Origin: a virus
Virus genome (UHGV): UHGV-0075042
Reading direction: 5' to 3' (one strand)
Length of the DNA stretch: 42,328 nucleotides
Every line of letters starts with the position of its first letter. Within the stretch, counting starts at the first letter, position 1. Shown one piece after another: positions 31,090-39,643 of this stretch. The position numbers were made by a program, and so were the translations under genes. The notes under the pieces were generated by a model, which was not told where the DNA came from, made no database searches, and was given only the letters and a program-made list of their open reading frames with translations.

Positions 31090-31806
31090 ATGGAAAATAA
31101 AAAATCACTGACGACAGAACAGCTCGAAGACGCTAAGCGGCTTAAGGCTTTGTATGAGTCAAAAAAGAAAGAATTGGGAATAACCCAATACTCAATCGCT
31201 GATGAACTGGGTATCACCCAAGGAGCGGTAGGGCATTATCTTAATGGCAGAAACGCGCTAAACGTTGAGGTTGCATCTGGTTTTGCACGACTGTTGCAAG
31301 TCTCAATTGCTGATTTTAGCCAGTCAATTGCTGCCAAGGTTGCAGAACAGGCAGAAAGCCTTAAGAGCGATGCCAACGTAAGGTATGCAGGGGAATACAG
31401 AGCAGGAAAGAGGTATCCGGTGTTAAGCAGTATCCAGGCTGGCTCGTGGTGTGAAGCATGCGAACCATACACCATTAAAGACATAGATGTTTGGCTTGAG
31501 TCTGACGCGCATATTCAAGGTAATGCGTTTTGGCTTAAAGTGGAAGGTGATTCAATGACGGCACCGGTTGGGTTAAGCATTCCAGAGGGAACATTCGTTC
31601 TTTTCGATACCGGAAGGGAGGCGATCAACGGCAGCTTGGTCATAGCAAAACTTTCTGACTCTAACGAAGCAACATTCAAGAAGCTGATAATCGACGGCGG
31701 AAATAAATACCTCAAGGGACTTAACCCTGCATGGCCTCTCGTGCCAATCAATGGAAACTGCAAGATTATAGGCGTTGCAATTGAGACAAAACTAAGGCTG
31801 GTTTGA
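31090..31806 (+). CDS. cI: CI repressor (HTH plus S24 LexA-like autocleavage domain)
   Basis: 238 aa; LTTEQLEDAKRLKALYESKKKELGITQ resembles lambda CI; C-terminal domain with FWLKVEGDSMTAP (Ser) and FKKLIIDGG (Lys) catalytic-dyad context. Confidence 0.9.
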   Translation: MENKKSLTTEQLEDAKRLKALYESKKKELGITQYSIADELGITQGAVGHYLNGRNALNVEVASGFARLLQVSIADFSQSIAAKVAEQAESLKSDANVRYAGEYRAGKRYPVLSSIQAGSWCEACEPYTIKDIDVWLESDAHIQGNAFWLKVEGDSMTAPVGLSIPEGTFVLFDTGREAINGSLVIAKLSDSNEATFKKLIIDGGNKYLKGLNPAWPLVPINGNCKIIGVAIETKLRLV

Positions 31807-31823
31807 TCACGCAAGGGGCGCTT

Positions 31824-32192
31824 ATGGTTGGAACCGCTATAGCAAGCTTTTTTGGGATGTTGGCAATCTCGACAATTTACGGCTTAGCGCATGCTTTTAT
31901 TGCGAAATCTCTATCAGAAAAAATAAGCCAGGCTTGGGCGCATAGATCAGCTCGTTTCATGATTCTGGTGATCATGGCAATACAAGGAATATCTGCATTT
32001 ATCCTCTATGGATCAAGCTTATACCTATTGTATCAAGGCGCGACATTTACGCCTTACACCAGTGATTACGGAACTCTATACGATGGTAGTGAAGACATCT
32101 CTATGGCTTGGATTGTCTTTGGTTTATCTATGGCCGTGTCTGTTGTAGCAGACATCATTAAGGTAATTCTCGTCTTAACCTTCGCTGACTAA
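31824..32192 (+). CDS. Small multi-TM membrane protein in the rex position after cI
   Basis: 122-aa product from ATG at 31824 (TTG at 31803 overlapping the cI stop also possible); several hydrophobic helices; same strand as cI, upstream of oL. Confidence 0.6.
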   Translation: MVGTAIASFFGMLAISTIYGLAHAFIAKSLSEKISQAWAHRSARFMILVIMAIQGISAFILYGSSLYLLYQGATFTPYTSDYGTLYDGSEDISMAWIVFGLSMAVSVVADIIKVILVLTFAD

Positions 32193-32323
32193 CCCATAAT
32201 CCCGGCAGCAATAGCTATCGGGATCCACTTCACATATCCCGCATAAAAAGCACTGAACAAGCAGACACCGAAAAAATAAATATCCTTTGTATTCATTTGC
32301 TTATCATTATTTCACCAAAAATA

Positions 32324-32365
32324 AATACCTTGGGTATTTACACAATAAAATACCTACAGTATTCT
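32324..32365 (+). promoter_or_regulatory. Left operator/promoter region (oL/pL)
   Basis: Two AATAC-N5-GTATT operator sites (32324..32338, 32349..32363) overlapping a candidate promoter (TTTACA 32337..32342, 17 bp, TATTCT 32360..32365). Confidence 0.55.
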
Positions 32366-32410
32366 TTAGCCATCAGCAGGACGCTGGTAGCCAAACGGAA
32401 CAGATTGGCA

Positions 32411-32452
32411 GGCTCTTTAACATTGATGGGATTGTCCCGCCGAAATGCGGGA
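32411..32452 (+). promoter_or_regulatory. nutL (boxA GGCTCTTTAACA plus boxB hairpin)
   Basis: boxA-like at 32411..32422 and hairpin UCCCGC-CGAAAU-GCGGGA at 32435..32452 (same RNA hairpin as nutR); between pL and N. Confidence 0.65.
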
Positions 32453-32559
32453 ACCAAAGAGTAGTTGGCTTTGGGGTGACGTGAAGTGCAGCTGCACGAC
32501 GGCAACCGGAAGATAAGCACCCGGCGCGTCACCGCCAAAGTCAATCATCGGAGGTCAAC

Positions 32560-32832
32560 ATGACAGTAGTCATTACATATCTGGCTGACGATAACGCCAG
32601 AAATCGCCGCAGAGCACGCAGACAGGCTCAACGTGAACAGGCAATGCAAGAACAGCGACTGGCGCGAAAGATTGCGCTAAAGCTCTCTGGTTGCGTCAGA
32701 GCAGACAAAGCAGCATCACTCGGAAGCCTTCGCTGTAAGGAAGAAGATGAACGCAGTGGAAGTATTTGCCTGCCAAACGTAGCTCTTTACGCGGCAGGCT
32801 ACCGGAAATCAAAACAACTGACAGCGAGATGA
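32560..32832 (+). CDS. N: N-type transcription antiterminator
   Basis: 90 aa; arginine-rich motif NARNRRRARRQAQREQ near N-terminus; C-terminus LPNVALYAAGYRKSKQLTAR resembles P22 gene 24 product as recalled. Confidence 0.8.
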   Translation: MTVVITYLADDNARNRRRARRQAQREQAMQEQRLARKIALKLSGCVRADKAASLGSLRCKEEDERSGSICLPNVALYAAGYRKSKQLTAR

Positions 32833-32848
32833 TAAATTCATTTGCTAA

Positions 32849-33430
32849 TTACTTGTTTTTGCCATGCTTATCCTGAGCGATAAGTTCATCCATAAGGCTG
32901 TCTGCCTTCCCGGCAAACCTAATGTAGCACTCATGTCTATAGCTTTCCGGGATAATAAAACGGTCGGTATCAGGATATCCAACAGCAGGAGGCCTTCGAA
33001 CGAGGAGGCCTTTTTTGAGCAATGAAATTGATTCATGAGCTCCCTTTTCCGTTTGTAGCTGGTTATTAGCGGCTACAGCGAATGCCAAATACGCTCTTTC
33101 TCCAAGAGTTAACGAATCAAACAAATCTTGCACATATTTTTCTTCTTTGGATTTGCGCTTCTGAGCAGCGGATACCTCAATTCTTTCAGTCACAGCGTGA
33201 TAAGCGGAATTAACTACACCGTTAAGCACATAGCTAACGCAGAACAACAGGATGTAATACATCCAATAATGAGGAAGGATTTCTGGATTATGCAGGTTTA
33301 TCCATTCTTTTACGCTTACCGGCATAACAATAATCAATATGATCAGGATGATTAGCATATGAATCAACTGTTTAAGTGTCATTCCTTGCAGGAAAAAATG
33401 CATTAGTTCCTGCCACCATGAGTTGTTCAT
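32849..33430 (-). CDS. sieB: Superinfection exclusion protein B
   Basis: 193 aa, opposite to pL transcription next to N; N-terminal TM helices; matches lambda/P22 SieB by position and as recalled by sequence. Confidence 0.8.
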   Translation of the reverse strand: MNNSWWQELMHFFLQGMTLKQLIHMLIILIILIIVMPVSVKEWINLHNPEILPHYWMYYILLFCVSYVLNGVVNSAYHAVTERIEVSAAQKRKSKEEKYVQDLFDSLTLGERAYLAFAVAANNQLQTEKGAHESISLLKKGLLVRRPPAVGYPDTDRFIIPESYRHECYIRFAGKADSLMDELIAQDKHGKNK

Positions 33431-33634
33431 CGGCGTTTCTCTTTTGCTCTCTGTAGGGGTGAATAGAGTTTATCCGATTTCTCGCTGTAGGGGTACACGA
33501 GAACCACCGAGCCTGATGTGGTTAAAAGACAGGCACAATCTTTACTACAGCAAGCCACGCAGTGAAATGGGTGTGACTTGTGTTGGTCGCCAGAAAATGA
33601 AATTAGGCAGCAAACCACTTATTTGAGGTGAGAT

Positions 33635-33721
33635 ATGGAAGAAGAATTTGAAGAGTTCGAAGAGCATCCGCAGGATGTGATGGAACAATACCAGGACTAT
33701 CCGTATGACTACGACTATTGA
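33635..33721 (+). CDS. Small acidic protein (lambda orf28-like)
   Basis: 28-aa ORF MEEEFEEFEEHPQDVMEQYQDYPYDYDY read by hand; overlaps ral start. Below ORF-track cutoff. Confidence 0.4.
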   Translation: MEEEFEEFEEHPQDVMEQYQDYPYDYDY

Positions 33722-33905
33722 TAAAAATCAATGGTGTGGACAATTCAAACGATGCAATGGATGCAAGCTGCAATCGGAATGCATGGTTAAGCCTGAAGAA
33801 ATGTTTCCTGTAATGGAAGATGGGAAATATGTCGATAAATGGGCAATACGAACGACGGCAATGATTGCCAGAGAACTTGGTAAACAGAACAACAAGGCTG
33901 CCTGA
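33705..33905 (+). CDS. ral: Ral, restriction alleviation protein
   Basis: 66 aa, MTTTIDKNQWCGQFKRCNGCKLQSECMVKPEE matches lambda Ral as recalled. Confidence 0.85.
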   Translation: MTTTIDKNQWCGQFKRCNGCKLQSECMVKPEEMFPVMEDGKYVDKWAIRTTAMIARELGKQNNKAA

Positions 33906-34041
33906 TGGTGGCCTTCATTTTTGGCATAAACAACAGAATAAATACTGCACTGTGTATTCATTCCAACGAGTGAATACACGGAGCAATGTCGCTCGTAACT
34001 AAACAGGAGCCGACTTGTTCTGATTATTGGAAATCTTCTTT

Positions 34042-34067
34042 GCCCTCCAATGTGAGGGCAATTTTTT
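34042..34067 (+). terminator. Intrinsic terminator within the pL operon (tL-like)
   Basis: GCCCTC-CAATGT-GAGGGC hairpin followed by AATTTTTTAT. Confidence 0.55.
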
Positions 34068-34087
34068 ATCTATGAGGATATGAACAG

Positions 34088-34456
34088 ATGTCAAACATCA
34101 AAAAATACATCATTGATTACGACTGGAAAGCATCAATAGAAATTGAAATCGACCATGACGTAATGACAGAGGAAAAACTTCACCAGATTAATAATTTCTG
34201 GTCAGACTCTGAATACAGACTCAAAAAACACGGCTCTGTATTAAATGCTGTATTAATCATGCTAGCGCAACATGCTCTGCTTATAGCAATTTCAAGCGAC
34301 TTAAATGCATATGGTGTTGTGTGTGAGTTCGACTGGAATGATGGAAATGGTCAGGAAGGATGGCCTCCAATGGATGGTAGCGAAGGAATAAGAATTACCG
34401 ATATCGACACATCTGGAATATTTGATTCAGATGATATGACTATCAAAGCCGCCTGA
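34088..34456 (+). CDS. Ea10-like early protein
   Basis: 122-aa ORF between ral and cIII, the position and size of lambda ea10. Confidence 0.55.
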   Translation: MSNIKKYIIDYDWKASIEIEIDHDVMTEEKLHQINNFWSDSEYRLKKHGSVLNAVLIMLAQHALLIAISSDLNAYGVVCEFDWNDGNGQEGWPPMDGSEGIRITDIDTSGIFDSDDMTIKAA

Positions 34457-34531
34457 GCGCGGCTTTACCGCATACCAATAACGCTTCACTCGAGGCGTTT
34501 TCGTTATGCAATCAAACAGAAGGAGCATCCT

Positions 34532-34702
34532 ATGCAACAGTTCGCTATTGCAGGGGCGGCATCGGTTCGCCCTTTCAACCCGATTTTATCGGTACAGCAT
34601 TCACGAAAAAACATTCTAACCGGAGCAGACTTTAAACAACCAAGAATGAAAAGTTTGCTCGAAAAGCTTTGGGATATTTTGAAACAACAAGGCCGCCCAT
34701 GA
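34532..34702 (+). CDS. cIII: CIII-like protein (FtsH inhibitor, stabiliser of CII)
   Basis: 56-aa product read by hand: MQQFAIAG...LLEKLWDILKQQGRP, resembling lambda CIII (MQYAIAG...); AGGAG RBS at 34521. Confidence 0.7.
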   Translation: MQQFAIAGAASVRPFNPILSVQHSRKNILTGADFKQPRMKSLLEKLWDILKQQGRP

Positions 34703-34806
34703 GTTTTACAGATAACTGGTCAGACGAAGAATTCATTCGTCAGATGAACAAAATGCTCAATCAGCACAAAGAACAGGAGAAAGATGATGATTCTGACTCT
34801 GAATGA
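34699..34806 (+). CDS. Small acidic hypothetical protein (35 aa)
   Basis: Hand-read ORF overlapping cIII stop (ATGA). Confidence 0.35.
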   Translation: MSFTDNWSDEEFIRQMNKMLNQHKEQEKDDDSDSE

Positions 34807-35095
34807 TAAGCGTGAAATATCGCAAATCATCGCAAGTTTTACTGATGAAGATTACGAACGAATCAACAGTGAAGTTGATCGCCTCTGCAAACGCTGCGAC
34901 CCAATAAGCGAAATGCTTCGCTCATATAAGCCAGATGAACACACTAAGGACGCTATCGACTGGCTGGAAGATGATGACTGTGACTATCAGGAAAAAGCCG
35001 CTGAATGGTTCTGGGATGCAATAACCGAAAGAGTTAAGGCTGAATATGCCTTCGCAATATTCAAACGCAGACACATTTATGGAGAAGCAGCATGA
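34784..35095 (+). CDS. Hypothetical early protein (kil position)
   Basis: 103 aa, AGGAG RBS 5 nt upstream of ATGATG start. Confidence 0.55.
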   Translation: MMILTLNDKREISQIIASFTDEDYERINSEVDRLCKRCDPISEMLRSYKPDEHTKDAIDWLEDDDCDYQEKAAEWFWDAITERVKAEYAFAIFKRRHIYGEAA

Positions 35096-35994
35096 GCAAT
35101 ATCGTTGAATTCGTTAAACAGCAGGAGCAGTTATTCTGCGGAGCATTGACTGAACAGACGGTGACATGGGCTAAGGAAAGCCAGTTTGCAATTCAGTATT
35201 TCCAGAAAAATGATTACCTGGCTAAAACGGCACTGGCAAATCCAACCAGCGCACAGAACGCCATCATCAATGTTGCGGCGATCGGCATCACCTTAAACCC
35301 GGCCAGCAAACTTGCTTATCTAGTTCCGCGCGACGGCATGGTTTGCCTTGATATCAGCTATATGGGATTACTTCACCTTGCACAGTCGACAGGATCAATT
35401 AAGTGGGGGCAATGTAAACTGGTGTACTCAAACGACACCTATGAATCAAACGGCCTTGATTCAGCGCCAACCCACAAATACAACGCATTTGGTGAGCGAG
35501 GCTCTATTGTTGGTGGTTATTGCACGGTTAAAACAGCAGATGGTGACTACCTGACTGAAGAAATGAGTCTGGCAGAAATTAAAGCTGTGGAAGCAACGAG
35601 CAAGGCAAAGAATGGACCGTGGAAGACATTCTGGGAAGAGATGGCGCGTAAAACAATAGTTAAACGCGCCAGCAAATACTGGCCTAAAGCCCAGCGACTG
35701 GATAATGCCATTCACCTGCTTAACGAAGATGAGGGTATGCATCAGGAACCGGTTATGCCGCACAAATCAGAGGAAGATATCCGCGAAGATGAACGGAAAC
35801 GCCAGCAGGAAATAATGGAAAAAGCACAACTTCTTTGTGATGAAATGGCTCAGGCTGAAAACATGGATGATTTGAAGAGATATTTTGCAGAAGCATATCG
35901 CCTGACATCTGGAATGAAATTGCAGCAGAACGTACAAGCCATTTACGCAGAATGCAAAGCGAAACTGGAGGTTGCCAGTGAGCAAACTGTATGA
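35092..35994 (+). CDS. recT: RecT-family single-strand annealing protein
   Basis: 300 aa; NGPWKTFWEEMARKTIVKRASKYWP matches the conserved RecT motif (NGPW..HWEEMAKKT..). Confidence 0.85.
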   Translation: MSNIVEFVKQQEQLFCGALTEQTVTWAKESQFAIQYFQKNDYLAKTALANPTSAQNAIINVAAIGITLNPASKLAYLVPRDGMVCLDISYMGLLHLAQSTGSIKWGQCKLVYSNDTYESNGLDSAPTHKYNAFGERGSIVGGYCTVKTADGDYLTEEMSLAEIKAVEATSKAKNGPWKTFWEEMARKTIVKRASKYWPKAQRLDNAIHLLNEDEGMHQEPVMPHKSEEDIREDERKRQQEIMEKAQLLCDEMAQAENMDDLKRYFAEAYRLTSGMKLQQNVQAIYAECKAKLEVASEQTV

Positions 35995-36460
35995 AATTGC
36001 CAATGAATACGCAAAGCTGATAGATTCAGATTTAGAGCCAGAGATGATTGCTGACACAATAGAAGGCATGGAAGGAGAATTTACCGATAAAATAGAGCAA
36101 CTTCTTGCCATTATTAAAAATGAATCTGGTTATGCTGAACGCCTCAAGGAAGAGGCACAGTCACTAAATGAGCGAGCCGCAGTAATTCAAAATAAGATTG
36201 ACAGCATTATGGCGTATATAGCGTCATCGCTTGAAATGGTTGGCAAGAAAAAGATTCGAGCAGGTATTCACCAGGTAACAATCCGCAAACCGTCAGAAAC
36301 TGTAGAAATCATCGACTCAAGCGCCCTTCCTCCTGAATACGTTGAGTTTGAAACGACAATTAAAGCCGACAAACTGGCAATCAAACACCAACTAAAAGCA
36401 GGAATAAATATCCCCGGCGCTCAACTCAAAGTTGGGAAACCTTCACTTCTTATCAAATAA
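35978..36460 (+). CDS. Recombination-module partner protein (phage Gp157-like family, tentative)
   Basis: About 160 aa, start (GTG 35978 or TTG 35972) overlapping recT 3' end; helical, charged. Confidence 0.55.
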   Translation: MSKLYEIANEYAKLIDSDLEPEMIADTIEGMEGEFTDKIEQLLAIIKNESGYAERLKEEAQSLNERAAVIQNKIDSIMAYIASSLEMVGKKKIRAGIHQVTIRKPSETVEIIDSSALPPEYVEFETTIKADKLAIKHQLKAGINIPGAQLKVGKPSLLIK

Positions 36461-36471
36461 CGGTCTCGACT

Positions 36472-36786
36472 ATGAAAAAGACTTCATGGGAGAAATGGGA
36501 AGTCGATTTCTTGCGCGAAGTGGCGGCGACAATGCCAGTTGAAGTTATCGCTGAAAAACTGGAAAGGACTGAAAAAGCAGTAATGGCGAAAGCAACAAGG
36601 ATTGGTGCTGACATTGTTAGCCGACTTCGTGGAAGACGCTGGACAAGAGCCGAAGTATCACTTTTCGGTAAGTTCTCCGCAGAAGAAATAGCAATTGCAA
36701 CCTGCCGTTCAATTTATTCAGTAAGGGCTATGCGATACAAGCTAAAAAGACTCGATGAAGAAAGAGCAGGCATACGAATAAATTAA
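36472..36786 (+). CDS. Hypothetical early protein (104 aa)
   Basis: ORF in the pL operon. Confidence 0.5.
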   Translation: MKKTSWEKWEVDFLREVAATMPVEVIAEKLERTEKAVMAKATRIGADIVSRLRGRRWTRAEVSLFGKFSAEEIAIATCRSIYSVRAMRYKLKRLDEERAGIRIN

Positions 36787-36802
36787 CATGGAATAATTAA
36801 CA

Positions 36803-37084
36803 ATGAAGCTAAACATCGACCTCGGCAAATACGTTATCACCGGAACCAAACACGATCTGATTCTTAGCGAAAGAGGAATTATCAAAGAAGGCGAGAATGC
36901 AGGGAAAGAAACACTAAGTCGTATCGGTCATTACAGCAAGTTTGAGCATCTGGTCAAAGAGTTATGCAACCGTGAAATCCTGTTATCTCAGGCGCAGACG
37001 CTACAGGATATTCAGCAGCATATCGAGACTTTAGGTGTATCACTTAGCATGGCTGTTGACCAGTTCATGGAGAGTAAATCATGA
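36803..37084 (+). CDS. Hypothetical early protein (93 aa)
   Basis: ORF in the pL operon. Confidence 0.5.
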   Translation: MKLNIDLGKYVITGTKHDLILSERGIIKEGENAGKETLSRIGHYSKFEHLVKELCNREILLSQAQTLQDIQQHIETLGVSLSMAVDQFMESKS

Positions 37085-37248
37085 GAGGACTTTCATACAA
37101 TCCCGGCATTCTTCCGGCAGAAATGATTATTCGCCAACGCGTAAAGCCAATGCCATCGAGAGAGGAATTGCTTAAGAGAAAGAGTTTCGGTTCTGTTAAT
37201 GACAACAAATATCTGAATGCGATGTGGCGCAAAGGAGGCAACCAGTGA
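37081..37248 (+). CDS. Hypothetical small protein (55 aa)
   Basis: Hand-read ORF coupled by ATGA/GTGA overlaps to its neighbours. Confidence 0.35.
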   Translation: MRGLSYNPGILPAEMIIRQRVKPMPSREELLKRKSFGSVNDNKYLNAMWRKGGNQ

Positions 37249-37499
37249 GTAATTCAGCACGACTACAGCTTGGTTTTTCACCGCTATCAAAAACTATCAT
37301 GCTGGCAAAAATGCGCGATGTTGAAGGTGGACGTATGCGCGTTGGCAATGATCCAGGTCGTGATGTTACCAATGAGGCTGCTCAATTGGTGTGGCGACTG
37401 GTCATGGCTGAAGGTGGTGAGATCGCGTGGGATCTGGATGATGGTTCTCGCATGGTGTTGAAGGCAGAAAAGCAGGAGGCAACCAGTGAGCAAGATTGA
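37245..37499 (+). CDS. Hypothetical early protein (84 aa)
   Basis: GTG start with AGGAGG 6 nt upstream; the longer 91-aa frame starts at an upstream GTG. Confidence 0.5.
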   Translation: MSNSARLQLGFSPLSKTIMLAKMRDVEGGRMRVGNDPGRDVTNEAAQLVWRLVMAEGGEIAWDLDDGSRMVLKAEKQEATSEQD

Positions 37500-38037
37500 T
37501 TATCAGGCACTGCGTGCTAAGGCAGAAAAAGCAACGTGTGGCGAGTGGTCGCTCGAATATGGAGAGGGCCGATTTGATGGTGATGATGCGCTAATTCATC
37601 GCGAGGCTGCTGGATATATTCCCATTTGCAGAATTGAAGGAGCGCATCCTGAAAGCGGTTTCGATGAAGATTTCCAAATGGAACAGCAGGCCAATGCTGA
37701 ATTCATCGCTGCAGCCAATCCGGCTACCGTGCTGACACTACTGGATGAACGGGAAAGAAACCAGCAGTACATCAAACGCCGCGACCAGGAGAACGAGGAG
37801 ATTGCGCTTACGGTTGGGAGGCTGCGCGTTGAGCTTGAGGCAGAAAAACAGCGGGCAAAGGATCTGTTTATGGAAAATGCTCGGCTTAAGTCAGGTATAG
37901 CCGGTCTGATACACCTCGGTATTCGATATGCAGATGTTGAGGTCATGAAAATTGCTGGAGATGCCCAGCTTTCTACCCCATGCACTGACAGCATCATAAA
38001 CAGCATTGCAACAGGCATTCGCATCAAAGGAGAGTGA
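37486..38037 (+). CDS. Ea22-like protein
   Basis: 183 aa (lambda ea22 is 182 aa by recollection); coiled-coil central region. Confidence 0.65.
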   Translation: MSKIDYQALRAKAEKATCGEWSLEYGEGRFDGDDALIHREAAGYIPICRIEGAHPESGFDEDFQMEQQANAEFIAAANPATVLTLLDERERNQQYIKRRDQENEEIALTVGRLRVELEAEKQRAKDLFMENARLKSGIAGLIHLGIRYADVEVMKIAGDAQLSTPCTDSIINSIATGIRIKGE

Positions 38038-38239
38038 TATGAGCAGGAATACGGGTTTGTAAAAGATAACACTTGTGAAAATGCTGAATTTCGCGTCGTC
38101 TTCACAGCGATGCCAGAGTCTGTAGTGTCAGATGATGACCGTACTCAAACATCGGGTTGAGTATTATCTTACTGTTTCTTTACATAAACATTGCTGATAC
38201 CGTTTAGCTGAAACGACATACATTGCAAGGAGTTTATAA

Positions 38240-38521
38240 ATGAGTATCAATGAGTTAGAGTCTGAGCAAAAAGATTGGGCGTTATCAATGTTGTGCAGAT
38301 CCGGTGTCTTGTCTCCATGCAGACATCACGAAGGTGTTTATGTAGATGAAGGTATAGATATAGAGTCGGCATACAAATATTCCATGAAGGTTTATAAGTC
38401 TAATGAAGACAAATCCCCATTCTGCAATGTGCGAGAAATGACTGATACCGTGCAAAATTATTATCACGAGTACGGTGGAAACGATACTTGCCCTCTCTGT
38501 ACAAAACATATAGATGATTAA
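38240..38521 (+). CDS. Ea8.5-like Cys-rich protein
   Basis: 93 aa with paired Cys/His (CRHHEG...CPLCTKH), same position and size as lambda ea8.5. Confidence 0.6.
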   Translation: MSINELESEQKDWALSMLCRSGVLSPCRHHEGVYVDEGIDIESAYKYSMKVYKSNEDKSPFCNVREMTDTVQNYYHEYGGNDTCPLCTKHIDD

Positions 38522-38579
38522 ACCAAATATTACATAACAATCCTCGCACTCGCGGGTATTTCTTTTATATGGGGATAAT

Positions 38580-39113
38580 ATGACCATCCACTTTCACGGC
38601 AGCCCAATATGGGGTGATGAGCATGCCCCTACAGATATGCTTATTAAAGCCCTTTACCGTGATAGTGGGGCTTTTGTTTCATTTGCCAGACCAGAGCAGA
38701 TGAAAAAGATTGCCATGTTCCCTTGTGATATACGCCTTGATAACGGCGCTTTTAGCGACTGGATGAAAGCATTAAAGAAAGGCACTCCGGTAGACTGGAG
38801 TAAGAGACGAGCAAAATTCTACGACTTTGTTGGGAAGTGGTTCAGCAGAATTGAATGGTTTCTTATACCTGACGTTATCGAAGGGACAGAGGCAGAAAAC
38901 GACGAGCAGATTGAGTTGGTTCCTGATTGGCTAAAATCAAAAGCGGTTCCGGTCTGGCATACGACGAATCAATTGAACGTCTTTTACGCCTTTCTGGAAA
39001 ATTTGAATGGGTGGCGATTGGATGCTGCGGCCCACACAGGCACATACGCTCTAAATGGTGGGAACAGAGAATGGATGAAGTTTTTACTGAGATTTATATC
39101 AATCGTAATTTGA
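38580..39113 (+). CDS. Hypothetical protein (177 aa), frame A of an overlapping pair
   Basis: ORF with no counterpart at this position in lambda; its last ~60 codons overlap frame B. Confidence 0.5.
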   Translation: MTIHFHGSPIWGDEHAPTDMLIKALYRDSGAFVSFARPEQMKKIAMFPCDIRLDNGAFSDWMKALKKGTPVDWSKRRAKFYDFVGKWFSRIEWFLIPDVIEGTEAENDEQIELVPDWLKSKAVPVWHTTNQLNVFYAFLENLNGWRLDAAAHTGTYALNGGNREWMKFLLRFISIVI

Positions 39114-39379
39114 AAGTGAAAATTCATGGTCTTCGAATGCTCGACGTGAGAGTTCTTGGTATGTATCCGTTCGCCAGTGCGGATTCTACTAATGTTGCTG
39201 TTAACGTACCGAAGACAGAGAAGCGATTTCCTGAGATTACCGACAAACTGGCACGTACAGCTGTACTTCGCGCTGCTATTGAAAAGGTGCATCCGCCATC
39301 GATATCAGCATGGGTAGACAGAAAGATGAGAGAGCCGGCGCAAGCCGGTTTTTTATTTGAATTCACCGACGCCGCTTAA
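39071..39379 (+). CDS. Hypothetical protein, frame B (102 aa from first ATG; frame open from 38927)
   Basis: Second long frame overlapping frame A; either a separate gene or the 3' part of a frameshifted gene. Confidence 0.45.
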   Translation: MDEVFTEIYINRNLKVKIHGLRMLDVRVLGMYPFASADSTNVAVNVPKTEKRFPEITDKLARTAVLRAAIEKVHPPSISAWVDRKMREPAQAGFLFEFTDAA

Positions 39380-39436
39380 TGCGGATTTCTTTTATCTGAA
39401 CTCGCTACGGCGGGTTTTGTTTTATGGAGATGATAA

Positions 39437-39604
39437 ATGCACTTCCGAGTCACAGGTGAATGGAATGGAGAACCATTCAACAGAGTTATCGAAGCCGAGG
39501 ACATCAACGACTGCTATAACCACTGGATGATATGGGCGCAGATAGCACATGCAGACGTAACCAATATTCGAATTGAAGAACTGAAAGAACACCAAACCGC
39601 CTGA
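39437..39604 (+). CDS. Small protein (lambda orf55-like)
   Basis: 55-aa hand-read ORF directly upstream of xis. Confidence 0.45.
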   Translation: MHFRVTGEWNGEPFNRVIEAEDINDCYNHWMIWAQIAHADVTNIRIEELKEHQTA

Positions 39605-39616
39605 TGGCGGTTTTTT
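39595..39616 (+). terminator. Intrinsic terminator upstream of xis
   Basis: AACCGCC-TGAT-GGCGGTT hairpin followed by TTTTTT. Confidence 0.5.
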
Positions 39617-39643
39617 CTTGCGTGTAATTGCGGAGACTTTGCG

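Noticed and set aside
31236-31814. Two antisense ORFs (82 and 99 aa) within cI
   Set aside because: Antisense to the confidently assigned repressor gene; no independent support.
37596-38105. 169-aa ORF on the - strand
   Set aside because: Lies antisense within the Ea22-like gene and the pL operon; Ser/Arg-rich low-complexity translation; no RBS context. Likely spurious.
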